DNA from: Thaumarchaeota archaeon UBA164
Lineage (GTDB): Archaea; Thermoproteota; Nitrososphaeria; Conexivisphaerales; UBA164
DNA: 64,000 nt
NCBI GenBank assembly: GCA_002499005.1
Contig: DAJU01000010.1
Location: 73,750-137,749, forward strand
Reading direction: 5' to 3'
The position numbers and the translations under genes were made by a program. Below the pieces are notes generated by a model. The model was not told the DNA's origin and made no database searches. It saw only the letters and a list, made by a program, of their open reading frames with translations. Below, piece by piece: positions 46,655 through 56,266 of the stretch; position 1 is the first letter of the stretch, and each line of letters starts with the position of its first letter.

Positions 46655-47500
46655 TTGAACAGGAGATTTATAAGTGTCTGGCATATGAAGGGGCCTGAGG
46701 CCGTAAAAATTTACTATGCGCCAATGCCTCGGGCGAAAGCTGGCTTTGACATATGCAAGATGATAAAGCTCTTTTTTAATAGGGTAGGGGTGCAGCCTGA
46801 ACACGGAGACCTGCTAGCCATATCAGGAAAGTACATAAGCACTTCAGAGGAGAGGCTTTACAGCATAGCTGATGTGGTTCCGCTTGAAGATATGAGCAAG
46901 GTCTCGGAGACCTGGGGAGGGGACCCCAAGATAGGCGAACTTGTGGCAAGGGAAAGCGACCTTGTTCTGCCAGGATTTTATGGAATATACTTGGGCGAAG
47001 CAAACGGCATACTGCAACCAAACGCTGGAATAGACAGATCTAACGTGCCTGGGGGTTTTGTGATATTCTACCCTGTTAACCCCGCGAAGTCAGCAGAAAA
47101 GATAAGGGCGTGTATAAGGCTTCTGTTTGAAAGGGACGTTGGAGTTATTATAACAGACAGCAGAATCTTCCCAAGCAAAAGGGGGACAAGCGGCGTATGC
47201 ATCGGATGCAGCGGAGTTATTCCATACGTGGACGACAGGGGCAACTTAGACCTTTTTGGAAAGCCGTTAAAGGTCACAAGAAGGGCAATATCCGATCAGC
47301 TGGCTTCAGCGGCTGAGCTCATGATGGGCGAATCTAGCGAATCAGTGCCAATTGTGCTAATAAGGGGCCTTAAGCAGTACTACAGGTACAGGACCCCGTC
47401 TGTTGATCTTTCTGTAAGCTATGAAGAGGATATTTACTTTTCAGCAATAAAGAACTATTTGAAAATAAAACTGCAGATGGAACAGCCAAAAGACGGGTAA
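46655..47500 (+). CDS. CofE-like (F420-0:gamma-glutamyl ligase family) protein
   Basis: 281 aa. NAGIDRSNVP and VIITDS motifs of the CofE fold. TTG start, uncertain. Confidence 0.6.
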   Translation: MNRRFISVWHMKGPEAVKIYYAPMPRAKAGFDICKMIKLFFNRVGVQPEHGDLLAISGKYISTSEERLYSIADVVPLEDMSKVSETWGGDPKIGELVARESDLVLPGFYGIYLGEANGILQPNAGIDRSNVPGGFVIFYPVNPAKSAEKIRACIRLLFERDVGVIITDSRIFPSKRGTSGVCIGCSGVIPYVDDRGNLDLFGKPLKVTRRAISDQLASAAELMMGESSESVPIVLIRGLKQYYRYRTPSVDLSVSYEEDIYFSAIKNYLKIKLQMEQPKDG

Positions 47501-47598
47501 GGAGACGGTTAAAGATAGAGCTGAACTCTTTAGAAGCCTGAACAGCCATCACGTATCCCATTAAGAATATATTTGAGCTTTATTTACATGAAAATAAG

Positions 47599-48630
47599 TT
47601 GGGCGTTGACCTGTCTCCGCTTATAGATGAGGACGACAAGGAAAAAGTTGAGCTTGACAGCCTTAACAGCAGAAAGCTTTCAATAGATGGCTACAATGCG
47701 CTTTATCAGTTCCTCACCACAATAAGGGGTGAAGACGGCTCACCGCTTATGGATTCGCAGGGAAGGATAACCAGCCATCTAAGCGGCCTCTTCTACAGAA
47801 CCATAAACTTCCTTGAAAAGGGAATAAGGGTTGTTTACGTTTTTGACGGAAAGCCGCCAGAGCTAAAGGCCAAGGAAATCGAGGAAAGGCAAAGGACAAG
47901 GGAGGAGGCGCTTAAGATGTATGAAGAGGCAAGAACGCAGGGGAACGTGGAGCTTATGAAGAAGTACTCTTCAAGGGCGGCGTCCCTTAAAAACTACATG
48001 GTCCAAGATGCAAAAAGGCTCCTTGATCTTCTTGGCGTTCCGTGGGTTCAGGCCCCATCAGAGGGCGAGGCACAGGCAGCGTATATGGCTATGAAGGGCA
48101 TTGTATGGGGATCCGTATCGCAGGATTATGATTCGTTGCTGTTTGGATCTCCCAGGCTTGTGAGAAACCTAACAGTGTCTGGAAAAAGAAAGCTGCCGGG
48201 CAAGGACATATATATTGACATATCGCCGGAAATAATTGAAACGCCAAGGCTATTGGAAAAGTACGGCATAACAAGGGAGCAGCTTGTGGACGTCGCAATA
48301 CTTATAGGGACTGACTTTAACATTGGGGTTAAAGGAATAGGCCCGAAGACCGCGCTTAAGCTTATAAAAAAGTACGGCAGAATAGAGGAGATAACTGAGG
48401 TGCCAGGCCTGAAAGAGCTTCTGCCAGAATCCGTGCTTAATGAAGTTAGAGGCATATTTCTAAAGCCAAACGTAACTGATGTTGAAGGCCTTGAGTGGAA
48501 ACAGGCCGATGAAGAGGGGCTTGTAGAATTTCTTTGTAACGAAAGAAATTTTTCAGAAGAAAGAGTTAGAAACGCCTTGCGCAGAATAAAGAAGAGGCCA
48601 GCAACCGGTGCCCTTGATGAGTGGTTCTAA
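47599..48630 (+). CDS. fen: flap endonuclease FEN1
   Basis: 343 aa. XPG-N/I motifs (VYVFDGKPPELK, SEGEAQAAYM, QDYDSLLFG), H3TH, C-terminal PIP-like GALDEWF. TTG start with an AT-rich AATATATTT box about 29 nt upstream. Confidence 0.92.
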   Translation: MGVDLSPLIDEDDKEKVELDSLNSRKLSIDGYNALYQFLTTIRGEDGSPLMDSQGRITSHLSGLFYRTINFLEKGIRVVYVFDGKPPELKAKEIEERQRTREEALKMYEEARTQGNVELMKKYSSRAASLKNYMVQDAKRLLDLLGVPWVQAPSEGEAQAAYMAMKGIVWGSVSQDYDSLLFGSPRLVRNLTVSGKRKLPGKDIYIDISPEIIETPRLLEKYGITREQLVDVAILIGTDFNIGVKGIGPKTALKLIKKYGRIEEITEVPGLKELLPESVLNEVRGIFLKPNVTDVEGLEWKQADEEGLVEFLCNERNFSEERVRNALRRIKKRPATGALDEWF

Positions 48631-49252
48631 CAAAAACTATCTGATGGTGCAGTCGCTGGTTAGAGATGGGTATATAAGGAGCTGGAAGGTTAGAGACGCC
48701 TTCCTGAAAGTTGACAGAGGGCTGTTTGTATGGCCTGGAACAGAGAGCCTCGCTTACATAGATGAGCCGCTGCCTCTTGGCGATACAGGGCAGACTATTT
48801 CTGCGCCAAGCATGATTGCCATAATGCTTGAAGCCCTGGAGCTTTCCCCGTTTCATAAAGTCCTAGAAATAGGAACAGGAAGCGGCTACAGCGCGGCCCT
48901 TATTTCAACCATAATAAAGCCAGGGCATGTTGTTACCATGGAAATAAATTACAGGCTTTTCCTTTTCGGAAAGAGGAACCTTGCAGGTTACAGCAACGTT
49001 ATGCCTGTTTTTGGCGATGGAACTGTGGGATATCCTCCGTATTCCACCGAACCGCTTTACGACAGGATTATAATAATGGCCGCCGCCAGAAGGGTTCCCC
49101 AGACTCTGTTAAGGCAATTAAATGATGATGGGTTTATTTTGGCCCCAGTAGGTGACAGCGACTATCAGGTGCTGACAAGGGTTTACAAGGACGGAGGCAT
49201 GGACAGATTTGGAGGGTGCGTGTTTGTAAAGCTTAGGGGCATTGGGTTATGA
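48617..49252 (+). CDS. pcm: protein-L-isoaspartate O-methyltransferase
   Basis: SAM motif LEIGTGSGY, TISAPSM. Possible starts GTG 48608, ATG 48617, ATG 48644. Confidence 0.85.
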   Translation: MSGSNKNYLMVQSLVRDGYIRSWKVRDAFLKVDRGLFVWPGTESLAYIDEPLPLGDTGQTISAPSMIAIMLEALELSPFHKVLEIGTGSGYSAALISTIIKPGHVVTMEINYRLFLFGKRNLAGYSNVMPVFGDGTVGYPPYSTEPLYDRIIIMAAARRVPQTLLRQLNDDGFILAPVGDSDYQVLTRVYKDGGMDRFGGCVFVKLRGIGL

Positions 49253-49258
49253 GCTGTC

Positions 49259-49633
49259 TTAACCCGGATTTGGCGTCTTCGCCGCATATTTTATAAGCAG
49301 CTTGGCAGGAGTCCCTGGTCTAGCCGCATCAAGGTCTACCATGCCGGCTGTTCCTACCGGGTTAAGGCCACGTTGCTCTTCGGCGTCTCTTAAAAATACA
49401 GTGAGCCACTGGCCCGGTGGGTCAAATGCCACCTCGTTCTTCTTAAAAGACCTTTTTGGCTTTTCATAGCCTGCCCTTATCTGAACCTTAAACAGCAGCC
49501 TGTCTGAAAGCTTGATAACCATTGTGTTAAACTCGCCCCTTTTGAGCATTTCATTTATGGTGTTGGGGCATATTGATTCGTTAAGGGAACCCGCTACTAT
49601 TACCCTTTCCTTTGACCTTATTTCAAAGATCAC
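49259..49633 (-). CDS. hypothetical protein, possibly cyclophilin-like fold (TM1367/DUF3830-like)
   Basis: 124 aa. NEVAFDPPGQWLTVFL resembles the GdiaYWpPG.al.iFf motif. Weak by-eye call. Confidence 0.3.
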   Translation of the reverse strand: MIFEIRSKERVIVAGSLNESICPNTINEMLKRGEFNTMVIKLSDRLLFKVQIRAGYEKPKRSFKKNEVAFDPPGQWLTVFLRDAEEQRGLNPVGTAGMVDLDAARPGTPAKLLIKYAAKTPNPG

Positions 49634-50571
49634 CTTTTATCAACAAAAATTGTAGATGCCTCCTTTATTACCGTTGCCTTTTGAGCGCTTGCCAGGGCTT
49701 TGTCAACCGCTGCCTGTAACGTAGTAAATGGCAAAAACCCAAGCGACCTCATATAGCTAAATGGAAGACCGGAAACAATGTAAACGCTCACGCCTCTGCC
49801 GGTAGTTGAACGCAGCACGACGTCAAGCAAAGCGCCGGGCTTTGCCTTGCCGGATATGTACCTTAGCGCATCGTCATCGCCAAAGCCGCCTTTTGATCCA
49901 GAAATATAGACAAGGGTCCCGCCGTCGCTAACCATGAGCGACGACTGATAAAGGCCGAAAAGCGAATTGTAAAAGGTTTCGTCGTAAGGCATGCCTCCCG
50001 CTGAGGCTATTACCGCTTCTTTCCCACGTGCAAGCCTTATTCGCGGTAACAAGCCCTTTATCCCGCTAAGCACTTCATGAGCCTTCCCAAAAACAGCCCT
50101 AGAGCCGTTTCCAAAGTAACACAGCGCCTTTGTTCCGGATTCTTCAAGGACACGCTTGGAAAACCACTCAAGCTCCTCACTAAGATTCCAGGGCAAGCTG
50201 GACCTTTTTAAAAAGGCATCTTCCAAATTAAGGGCTTTTGCAAGAAGCCAGTGCGGGCCTGTGAATCCAAAATATTGGTCCACCCTTACGCCGCATACCA
50301 GTATTGCCTTTTCAAGCCCTGCGGGAAACCTTATGAGCTCCCCGTCGATTACGCTTTCCCTGGGGGCAACGTTGCCCTGTTCGAACGCTTTAAGACCCCT
50401 TGACTCTGCAATTGTCTTTGTAACTAAAGAGCCATCACCTATGTACGTCTCTGCATCCAGGCTCTGAGGTGGGGCATCTGCTGCAACCGCTTCAAAAACC
50501 TGTTCTATCTGCGATGAGTTTACCTTAAATGACACGTTTACATCAAGGTAAGGGAGCCAGATTTCAGGCAT
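49630..50571 (-). CDS. hypothetical protein, short LarA-N/DUF2088-like
   Basis: 313 aa. N-terminus IWLPYLDVNVSFKV and DQYFGFTGPHW loosely resemble the LarA N-domain. Shorter than LarA. Weak call. Confidence 0.3.
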   Translation of the reverse strand: MPEIWLPYLDVNVSFKVNSSQIEQVFEAVAADAPPQSLDAETYIGDGSLVTKTIAESRGLKAFEQGNVAPRESVIDGELIRFPAGLEKAILVCGVRVDQYFGFTGPHWLLAKALNLEDAFLKRSSLPWNLSEELEWFSKRVLEESGTKALCYFGNGSRAVFGKAHEVLSGIKGLLPRIRLARGKEAVIASAGGMPYDETFYNSLFGLYQSSLMVSDGGTLVYISGSKGGFGDDDALRYISGKAKPGALLDVVLRSTTGRGVSVYIVSGLPFSYMRSLGFLPFTTLQAAVDKALASAQKATVIKEASTIFVDKR

Positions 50572-50606
50572 ATGGTTTTTAAGTATGGCGCACTTAAAGG
50601 TTTTTT

Positions 50607-51764
50607 ATGCTAAACCTTGTTAAGCCAAAATACGATGGCGAAAGCATTGCGAACATTTATGGTTCCATCACTAGATCCTTCAACGCTGACACTGAACGAT
50701 TAGGACTTAAAAAAGGGCTGGATCCAAATGAAAAGGTCGTGCTGATAATACTCGACGCCTTTGGAATGTCAGTTTACAGAGCAATAAGAAATGACGACGG
50801 CGTTGCCGAATTCTTTGACGGATCTGATGCAAGCGAGATAACAAGCGTTTTCCCTTCAACGACTGCCTGTGCAATGCTTGCGTTCTATGCCGGCCTTGCG
50901 CCCGGTGAAAGCGGAGTGCTTGGGTTTACCACATACATAAAGGAGCTGGGCAGCATAATAAACATGCTTAATCTCTCGCACCCAGCGCAGCAACAGCCCA
51001 TACCTTCGCTTTATAACTCGTTTGAAAGGTTTATTTCAAAAAAGGGTAGACCAATAGGCACGGTCCTTTCTGAGAAGGGGGTAAAGGGCTACGCTATAGT
51101 GCCGGGCAGCATCTTTGATACCCCAACAAACAACTATCACACAATGGGCCTTGAAAAAATCAAGTATTATTATCCATGGGACGCCGTTATGAACCTAAGG
51201 GAGGTCCTCGATACTCCTGGAAGGGCTTTTGCTACGCTTTACATACCAACGGTTGATACGCTTTCACACCACTACGGCCCTCTATCGAATAAAACGTTGT
51301 TTGGCGCAAGGGAGCTTATAAAAGCGCTAAGCGCGGCTCTAAAGGGAGTTAAAAAGGCCACAATAATCATTACGGCTGACCACGGGCAGGTTTTCAGCGG
51401 GATAAACCACGTTGTTGATGAAGAACTTATGTCGGCGCTTGAGCTCCCGCCATTTGGAGATGCACGAGCCGTTTTCATGAAGACAAAGGACGTTGACATG
51501 GTTAAGGCCTACTTTAACGAAAAGCTTAAGGGGTTCAAGATGTTTGAAAAGAAGGACATAATTAACGAAAAGCTTCTTGGAGCTGTTGTTGAGCCTGAAT
51601 TTGAAGACAGGATTGGGGATCTGCTCGCTGTGCCTTTAATTGAAGAATCACTTGTATATTCATATAATCCAGAACAGGACAAGGACTACCTGGCCTTTAA
51701 GGGCCACCATGGTGGGCTTACCGACCAGGAGATGCTTGTGCCCCTTATAGTAAAGGAGCTTTAG
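50607..51764 (+). CDS. alkaline-phosphatase-superfamily protein (type I phosphodiesterase/nucleotide pyrophosphatase-like)
   Basis: 385 aa. ILDAFG, FPSTTA (nucleophile Thr region), TADHG, GHHGG. Confidence 0.6.
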   Translation: MLNLVKPKYDGESIANIYGSITRSFNADTERLGLKKGLDPNEKVVLIILDAFGMSVYRAIRNDDGVAEFFDGSDASEITSVFPSTTACAMLAFYAGLAPGESGVLGFTTYIKELGSIINMLNLSHPAQQQPIPSLYNSFERFISKKGRPIGTVLSEKGVKGYAIVPGSIFDTPTNNYHTMGLEKIKYYYPWDAVMNLREVLDTPGRAFATLYIPTVDTLSHHYGPLSNKTLFGARELIKALSAALKGVKKATIIITADHGQVFSGINHVVDEELMSALELPPFGDARAVFMKTKDVDMVKAYFNEKLKGFKMFEKKDIINEKLLGAVVEPEFEDRIGDLLAVPLIEESLVYSYNPEQDKDYLAFKGHHGGLTDQEMLVPLIVKEL

Positions 51765-51827
51765 CCAGAATTAAAATTCTTGAATCAGCGTTAAATGGCT
51801 TTAATTTGGCAAAAGCGCCTTAGCGGC

Positions 51828-52448
51828 TTAAAATATAAAGCTTCTTCTTCTGGCATACCTGCCTCTTCTCTCTATCTCCTTTACCTTTTCAACAATCAGG
51901 CCAGCGTTTTCTGTAACAGAAGAGTATCCATCAAGAAAGCTCCTGAAGGCCTCCTCATAAACTTCCTGGTGCTGCACAATAAAAACTTCGTTTACCAAAT
52001 GAACGTCCGTGGCGAAGTCCTCGAATCGCCTTGTATGCAACGAAAGGCCAAAATCTATAATATACCACCTGTTAGACGATTCGTTAAATATAACGTTAGA
52101 TGTGTTCGGGTCACCATGCATAATCCCTACTGAGTGCAGCCTGCCCAGATACTCCCCAAGGATCCTTGCCTCAGTGGGTTTATTGCCAAGCTCTTCCTTT
52201 AATCTTCTTCTCCCTACATCTTCCATTACTATAATGCTGTTGCCAACATAGAATATGAAGGGCGTTGGCACGACCTGTCTGGCGGCCAGCATCATTCTTG
52301 CTTCTCTGACTGTGCGCTCCCTTCTAAGCCTCTCATCAAGCTCTGAAATCATGTAAGGCTTGCTTGCCCTCACCTTATATATTGCATCAAGCCCTGCCCA
52401 CCTCCCCTTATAAATATCAGCCTCGGCCCCTTTGCTTATCAGCTCCAA
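51828..52448 (-). CDS. bud32: KEOPS kinase Bud32
   Basis: 206 aa. KGAEADIYKG, HGDPNTSN, IIDFG. 10-nt overlap with kae1. Confidence 0.88.
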   Translation of the reverse strand: MELISKGAEADIYKGRWAGLDAIYKVRASKPYMISELDERLRRERTVREARMMLAARQVVPTPFIFYVGNSIIVMEDVGRRRLKEELGNKPTEARILGEYLGRLHSVGIMHGDPNTSNVIFNESSNRWYIIDFGLSLHTRRFEDFATDVHLVNEVFIVQHQEVYEEAFRSFLDGYSSVTENAGLIVEKVKEIERRGRYARRRSFIF

Positions 52449-53434
52449 GCCAGGTCAACCTCATCTATGCGCCATGACTGATCCACCCAGGCGTTTTCAG
52501 GCTTCGTATACACTCCATTTAAAAAATAAAGATGGCCCACCCATGCTATCTGCGCGCCACAATCGCCCGCATAAGCCGGTGGCACAACCTTTAGCTGAGC
52601 GCCATGCCTTGACGAAGCGGCATCAAGCATTTCCCTGAGCCTTGTGTTTGCGGCAACGCCGCCAACCACCATAACTTCGCTTTTCTTAAGAAGGGCCAGC
52701 GCCCTTTCTGAAGTTTCAGCTAGCATTGAGAACGCAGTTTCTTGAACAGAAAATGCCAGGTCCTCCGGGCTTTCCTTCTTAATTATGCGCTTTACCTCAG
52801 AAATGATCCCTGAATATGATAGGTCATTGCCCTTAACTATGTAGGGGAGGCTCACATATCTCCTGCCCTTTTTAGCAAGATCCTCAACAAGCGGTCCTGC
52901 TGGCGATGGAAGGCCAATGGCCCTGCCAAACTGATCTATAAGCTGACCAAGGGTTATATCTAGAGTCTCCCCAAAGACCCTCCACCGCTTTCCTGCCCTG
53001 GCCAGCAGCATCGTGTGACCGCCAGAAATAAGCACAACAAGGGGGTCCACGGCCCCTGTGAGCAACATGCCCAGCTCCACATGCCCAACGCCATGGTGCA
53101 CCGGTATTATTGGCTTCCTGTAATACGATGAAATAAACCTGGCAAGCGTGGCTCCCACCTTAAGACATGGGCCCAGCCCTGGACCTGCGGAATAAGCTAC
53201 AAAAGACAGATCGCCAAAGCTTACCCCGGCTTCGCTTAAAGCCCTCTTGATAACTGAGGGCGCAACCTCTGAGTGATGCCTTGAGGCATCCCTGGGATGT
53301 ATGCCAGAGCCCGCTGGAGGCCTGTAGACGTCTTTGACGTTTGACAATATGGCCCCTTTCTCAGTCATAACTGACGCGCCAAATGTATGGGCAGTGCTCT
53401 CTATGCCGAGCCCCACTATTCTTCCTCTATCCAT
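52439..53434 (-). CDS. kae1: tRNA N6-adenosine threonylcarbamoyltransferase Kae1
   Basis: IVGLGIESTAHTFG, metal-binding PVHHGVGH, SGGHT. Start set at MDRGRIVGLGIE (ORF is open to 53470). Confidence 0.9.
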   Translation of the reverse strand: MDRGRIVGLGIESTAHTFGASVMTEKGAILSNVKDVYRPPAGSGIHPRDASRHHSEVAPSVIKRALSEAGVSFGDLSFVAYSAGPGLGPCLKVGATLARFISSYYRKPIIPVHHGVGHVELGMLLTGAVDPLVVLISGGHTMLLARAGKRWRVFGETLDITLGQLIDQFGRAIGLPSPAGPLVEDLAKKGRRYVSLPYIVKGNDLSYSGIISEVKRIIKKESPEDLAFSVQETAFSMLAETSERALALLKKSEVMVVGGVAANTRLREMLDAASSRHGAQLKVVPPAYAGDCGAQIAWVGHLYFLNGVYTKPENAWVDQSWRIDEVDLAWS

Positions 53435-53850
53435 TTCTGCGCACCGCTTATGTACACTTCCTTTTTCCATATCGTAGGTTCCTTCTTGTACCTTTCTATG
53501 GCTTCTTCAAGGGCAGCCAACCCCTCCTTCCTGTGCCTGCTGCATATCTGGATAAGGACCATTGGCTCGCCCGGCGCGAATGTCCCCTCGAGGTGATATA
53601 TAAAACAGCTTACAAGCCCGTATTTCCTAGTTAAATCATCACAGATGCTGCTTAACGCTAAGTCGGCATATTCTTTATAAGCCTCTATTATTACGGCCTT
53701 TACTTCTTCGTTTGAAAATTTGCTGCTTGACCTTGCGATGCCCATATAATAATATATTACACCTGCTTCGCCGTCGCATGACGCTGCCGCGTCCTTTATA
53801 ATGTCCAACAGCTCAACATCGCCTTTTTTATAAACCCCGCTTTTTAGCAT
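53416..53850 (-). CDS. moaE: molybdopterin synthase catalytic subunit MoaE
   Basis: 144 aa. GEPMVLIQICSRHRKEGLAALEEAIERYKKEPTIWKKE matches the MoaE C-terminal pattern. Confidence 0.75.
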   Translation of the reverse strand: MLKSGVYKKGDVELLDIIKDAAASCDGEAGVIYYYMGIARSSSKFSNEEVKAVIIEAYKEYADLALSSICDDLTRKYGLVSCFIYHLEGTFAPGEPMVLIQICSRHRKEGLAALEEAIERYKKEPTIWKKEVYISGAQKWIEEE

Positions 53851-53874
53851 TATGTAAAATAAGACGTAAATGGT

Positions 53875-55011
53875 CTATACATATTCTTTTAGTGTATTTT
53901 TAACTATGTCCTCAGCCCTTGTTCGCAGGGCCACCTTCATCATCTCCTCTGCCCTTTTCTTCATGCCGTTATCCTCTGCAACTGTCACTATGGCGTTTGC
54001 TATGTCTTCAGGCCTTGCTTTGTACTGATCAAGCGTTTGGCCAACTCCAAGCAGCTCCGCCCTTGAAGCGTTTTCCAGCTGTTCGCCGTGCAGGGATATA
54101 GGTAAAAGGACCATTGGCCTGCCCCTCATTATGCTTTCGCCAATTGTAGTAAGGCCAGCCCTGGAGACCACCACGTCGGCTTGGCCCATAAACTCATTCC
54201 TGTAAGGGTCCCACTCAAATATAAGCCCCCTGCTAAACCTTACAGGCCCGCCATCAAACCCAGCATAACCTTTGCTGATAACTACAGAATAGTCCTGTGG
54301 AAGAAGCTCCGACGCGTGAATAAGCTTTTTTAATATAAACCTCCTGGTGGGCTCAGGCCCGCTTACCCCCATGTACACAAGCCTTTTCCCAAGGCCGAAC
54401 TTTTCCCTGACATTAAACTTTTGGGGGCCAGGTGGGTCGGCAAAAAAGCCGGCGAATATCCCCTTTTTCTTTACAATCGCTGAATTTACGCCTGCATGCG
54501 ATATTGTATAAGGCGGTGGGAGATCAGGCACGAATATAACGCCTGCGGCATCCCAAAAGACGCCAAAAAGCTCCCCAAAGGCTCGCTCAATGGCCTTAAT
54601 GCCTATGTTTTCCCTTAAAGGAAGAAGCACGTTGGCCTGGTTTATTATAAGGGCGCTGGGTTTCCCTTTAATCCTTGATGCTATAAGCGGCGACACCCTT
54701 GAATCAGATATTACAAAGCTCGGTGAAACTCTTGATATGGTCTCAACTTCCTGAATGACCTGACGCACCAGGGTGGGATATGCGTTATAAAACTCCTTTA
54801 GCGTCTTCTTGAAAGACATGCGCCCCTCATCGGTCCATATAACGTCAAGCGGAATTGATTCGACAGCGACGTGCCTTTTCCTCGCAAGCGCAAGCGCCTC
54901 GCCCCAGGTGCTGAAGACCTTCTCACCAGGAAGCTTTTCAGCTAGCCAAAGGCTTCTTGATATGTGCCCAAGGCCAGAGCCGTATACAGAAAAGTACCAC
55001 TTAGGTTTCAA
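53875..55011 (-). CDS. GT-B glycosyltransferase (GT1/GT28, MurG/UDP-glycosyltransferase-like)
   Basis: 378 aa. YGSGLGHISRS N-terminus and C-terminal SRAGLTTIGES...P donor-binding region. Confidence 0.7.
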   Translation of the reverse strand: MKPKWYFSVYGSGLGHISRSLWLAEKLPGEKVFSTWGEALALARKRHVAVESIPLDVIWTDEGRMSFKKTLKEFYNAYPTLVRQVIQEVETISRVSPSFVISDSRVSPLIASRIKGKPSALIINQANVLLPLRENIGIKAIERAFGELFGVFWDAAGVIFVPDLPPPYTISHAGVNSAIVKKKGIFAGFFADPPGPQKFNVREKFGLGKRLVYMGVSGPEPTRRFILKKLIHASELLPQDYSVVISKGYAGFDGGPVRFSRGLIFEWDPYRNEFMGQADVVVSRAGLTTIGESIMRGRPMVLLPISLHGEQLENASRAELLGVGQTLDQYKARPEDIANAIVTVAEDNGMKKRAEEMMKVALRTRAEDIVKNTLKEYV

Positions 55012-55618
55012 GCGGGACCTGCACTACTTCGCCGTTTGGCTCTTTTTCTCCAAAAACATATGCTGTAAACCTGTAAAGGCGTATCCCTCCTCGCGTCCAG
55101 AGGTTCCTGTCAGCCCCAGCCTTTAAGCATCCATACGAAAGAAATTCCTTTGTGTCCCATCCCTCCTCTACAGGTACCTGCGGAAGAAGAAGCCCCGCGC
55201 CAAGCGCCCACTCCACGATTATGCCGTCTCTTCCAACCTTAATCTCGTTAAGGTAGTCGTTTGGATCAGAAACCTTTACCTCAACAGGCGGCGTAAGTAT
55301 GCTGACCTCTATGAGAACTTCGTCCGCCTGCTCTGGTTTTAAAGGGGGAAACCTGGGGTCATAAAACGCTGCGTCCACGGCGGATTCTATAACGTTTTTT
55401 ATAAGAGGCCCTGAGGGATAAGGCCTTCCTATGCAGCCAAGAAGCTCATTTGACCTGTCCTTTATAGTTACAAAAGCCCCAGCTTTAACAAGATATTTGG
55501 GGTTGACGTCCTTTGGCTCAAGATATTTCCCCGTCCTGCCATAATGCTTTATCGCGTCCCGGGCAACCCTTATAAGAAATCTGCCGTCTTCCACGGTCCA
55601 GAGCGGGGAGCTTGACAT
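55001..55618 (-). CDS. AMMECR1 domain protein
   Basis: 205 aa. GAFVTI...LLGCIG, DPRFPPL. Confidence 0.85.
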   Translation of the reverse strand: MSSSPLWTVEDGRFLIRVARDAIKHYGRTGKYLEPKDVNPKYLVKAGAFVTIKDRSNELLGCIGRPYPSGPLIKNVIESAVDAAFYDPRFPPLKPEQADEVLIEVSILTPPVEVKVSDPNDYLNEIKVGRDGIIVEWALGAGLLLPQVPVEEGWDTKEFLSYGCLKAGADRNLWTRGGIRLYRFTAYVFGEKEPNGEVVQVPLET

Positions 55619-55726
55619 ACCCCACTTTTATGAAGGGGGCTTATTAACTTAACCTTGAAGTGATGCATTATAAATATTGTAAACAGGCTTTGTGTGCCCC
55701 AGGCTTATGTTGCGTAGCTGACGCAA

Positions 55727-56266
55727 TCACATGATTGACTCAACTATATGCACGGGGAGACCGTCCCTGTTTTCCTCGTTTACTTCAAGCAGGAGCGTGT
55801 CGCCACTGTTGATTATCGCCTTCATCAGCGGATGTGCAAGAGATCTATGAATTGTTATTATCGCCCTGTTTGAAGACCTTATAACCCTTTCAACAGCCCT
55901 TGCAAATGCAGGGCTCAGGAGCTCCATAGGCCCGACTTCATCTATGAGGACCACCGTGCTGCTGCTCTCAAGGGCCCGCTCTATTATTCTGGGGACCATT
56001 GAGTCCACCGCAGAAACGTTTACCCTGTACTTGCCAAACCTTATCCCATCGCCCTTAATCGATGCAAGAACAGCCCTTTCCCCGGTCAGGAAGTCTATTA
56101 TTTCAAAGCCTTCCCGTTCCCCTCCCTTTCTGGCCTCCCTTGAGTAAAAGCCATCAACGCTTATGCCATTTGCCACAAGCATTCCTGCAGCCTTGACTGC
56201 AACAGTTGTCTTCCCAATTCCCGGTCTTCCGGTCAGGGCCACTATTCTAACTGTCAACAGAAACAC
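55727..56266 (-). CDS. THEP1/MJ1559-type P-loop nucleoside triphosphatase
   Basis: 179 aa. ALTGRPGIGKTT, Walker B VLIDEVGPMEL. Confidence 0.75.
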   Translation of the reverse strand: MFLLTVRIVALTGRPGIGKTTVAVKAAGMLVANGISVDGFYSREARKGGEREGFEIIDFLTGERAVLASIKGDGIRFGKYRVNVSAVDSMVPRIIERALESSSTVVLIDEVGPMELLSPAFARAVERVIRSSNRAIITIHRSLAHPLMKAIINSGDTLLLEVNEENRDGLPVHIVESIM

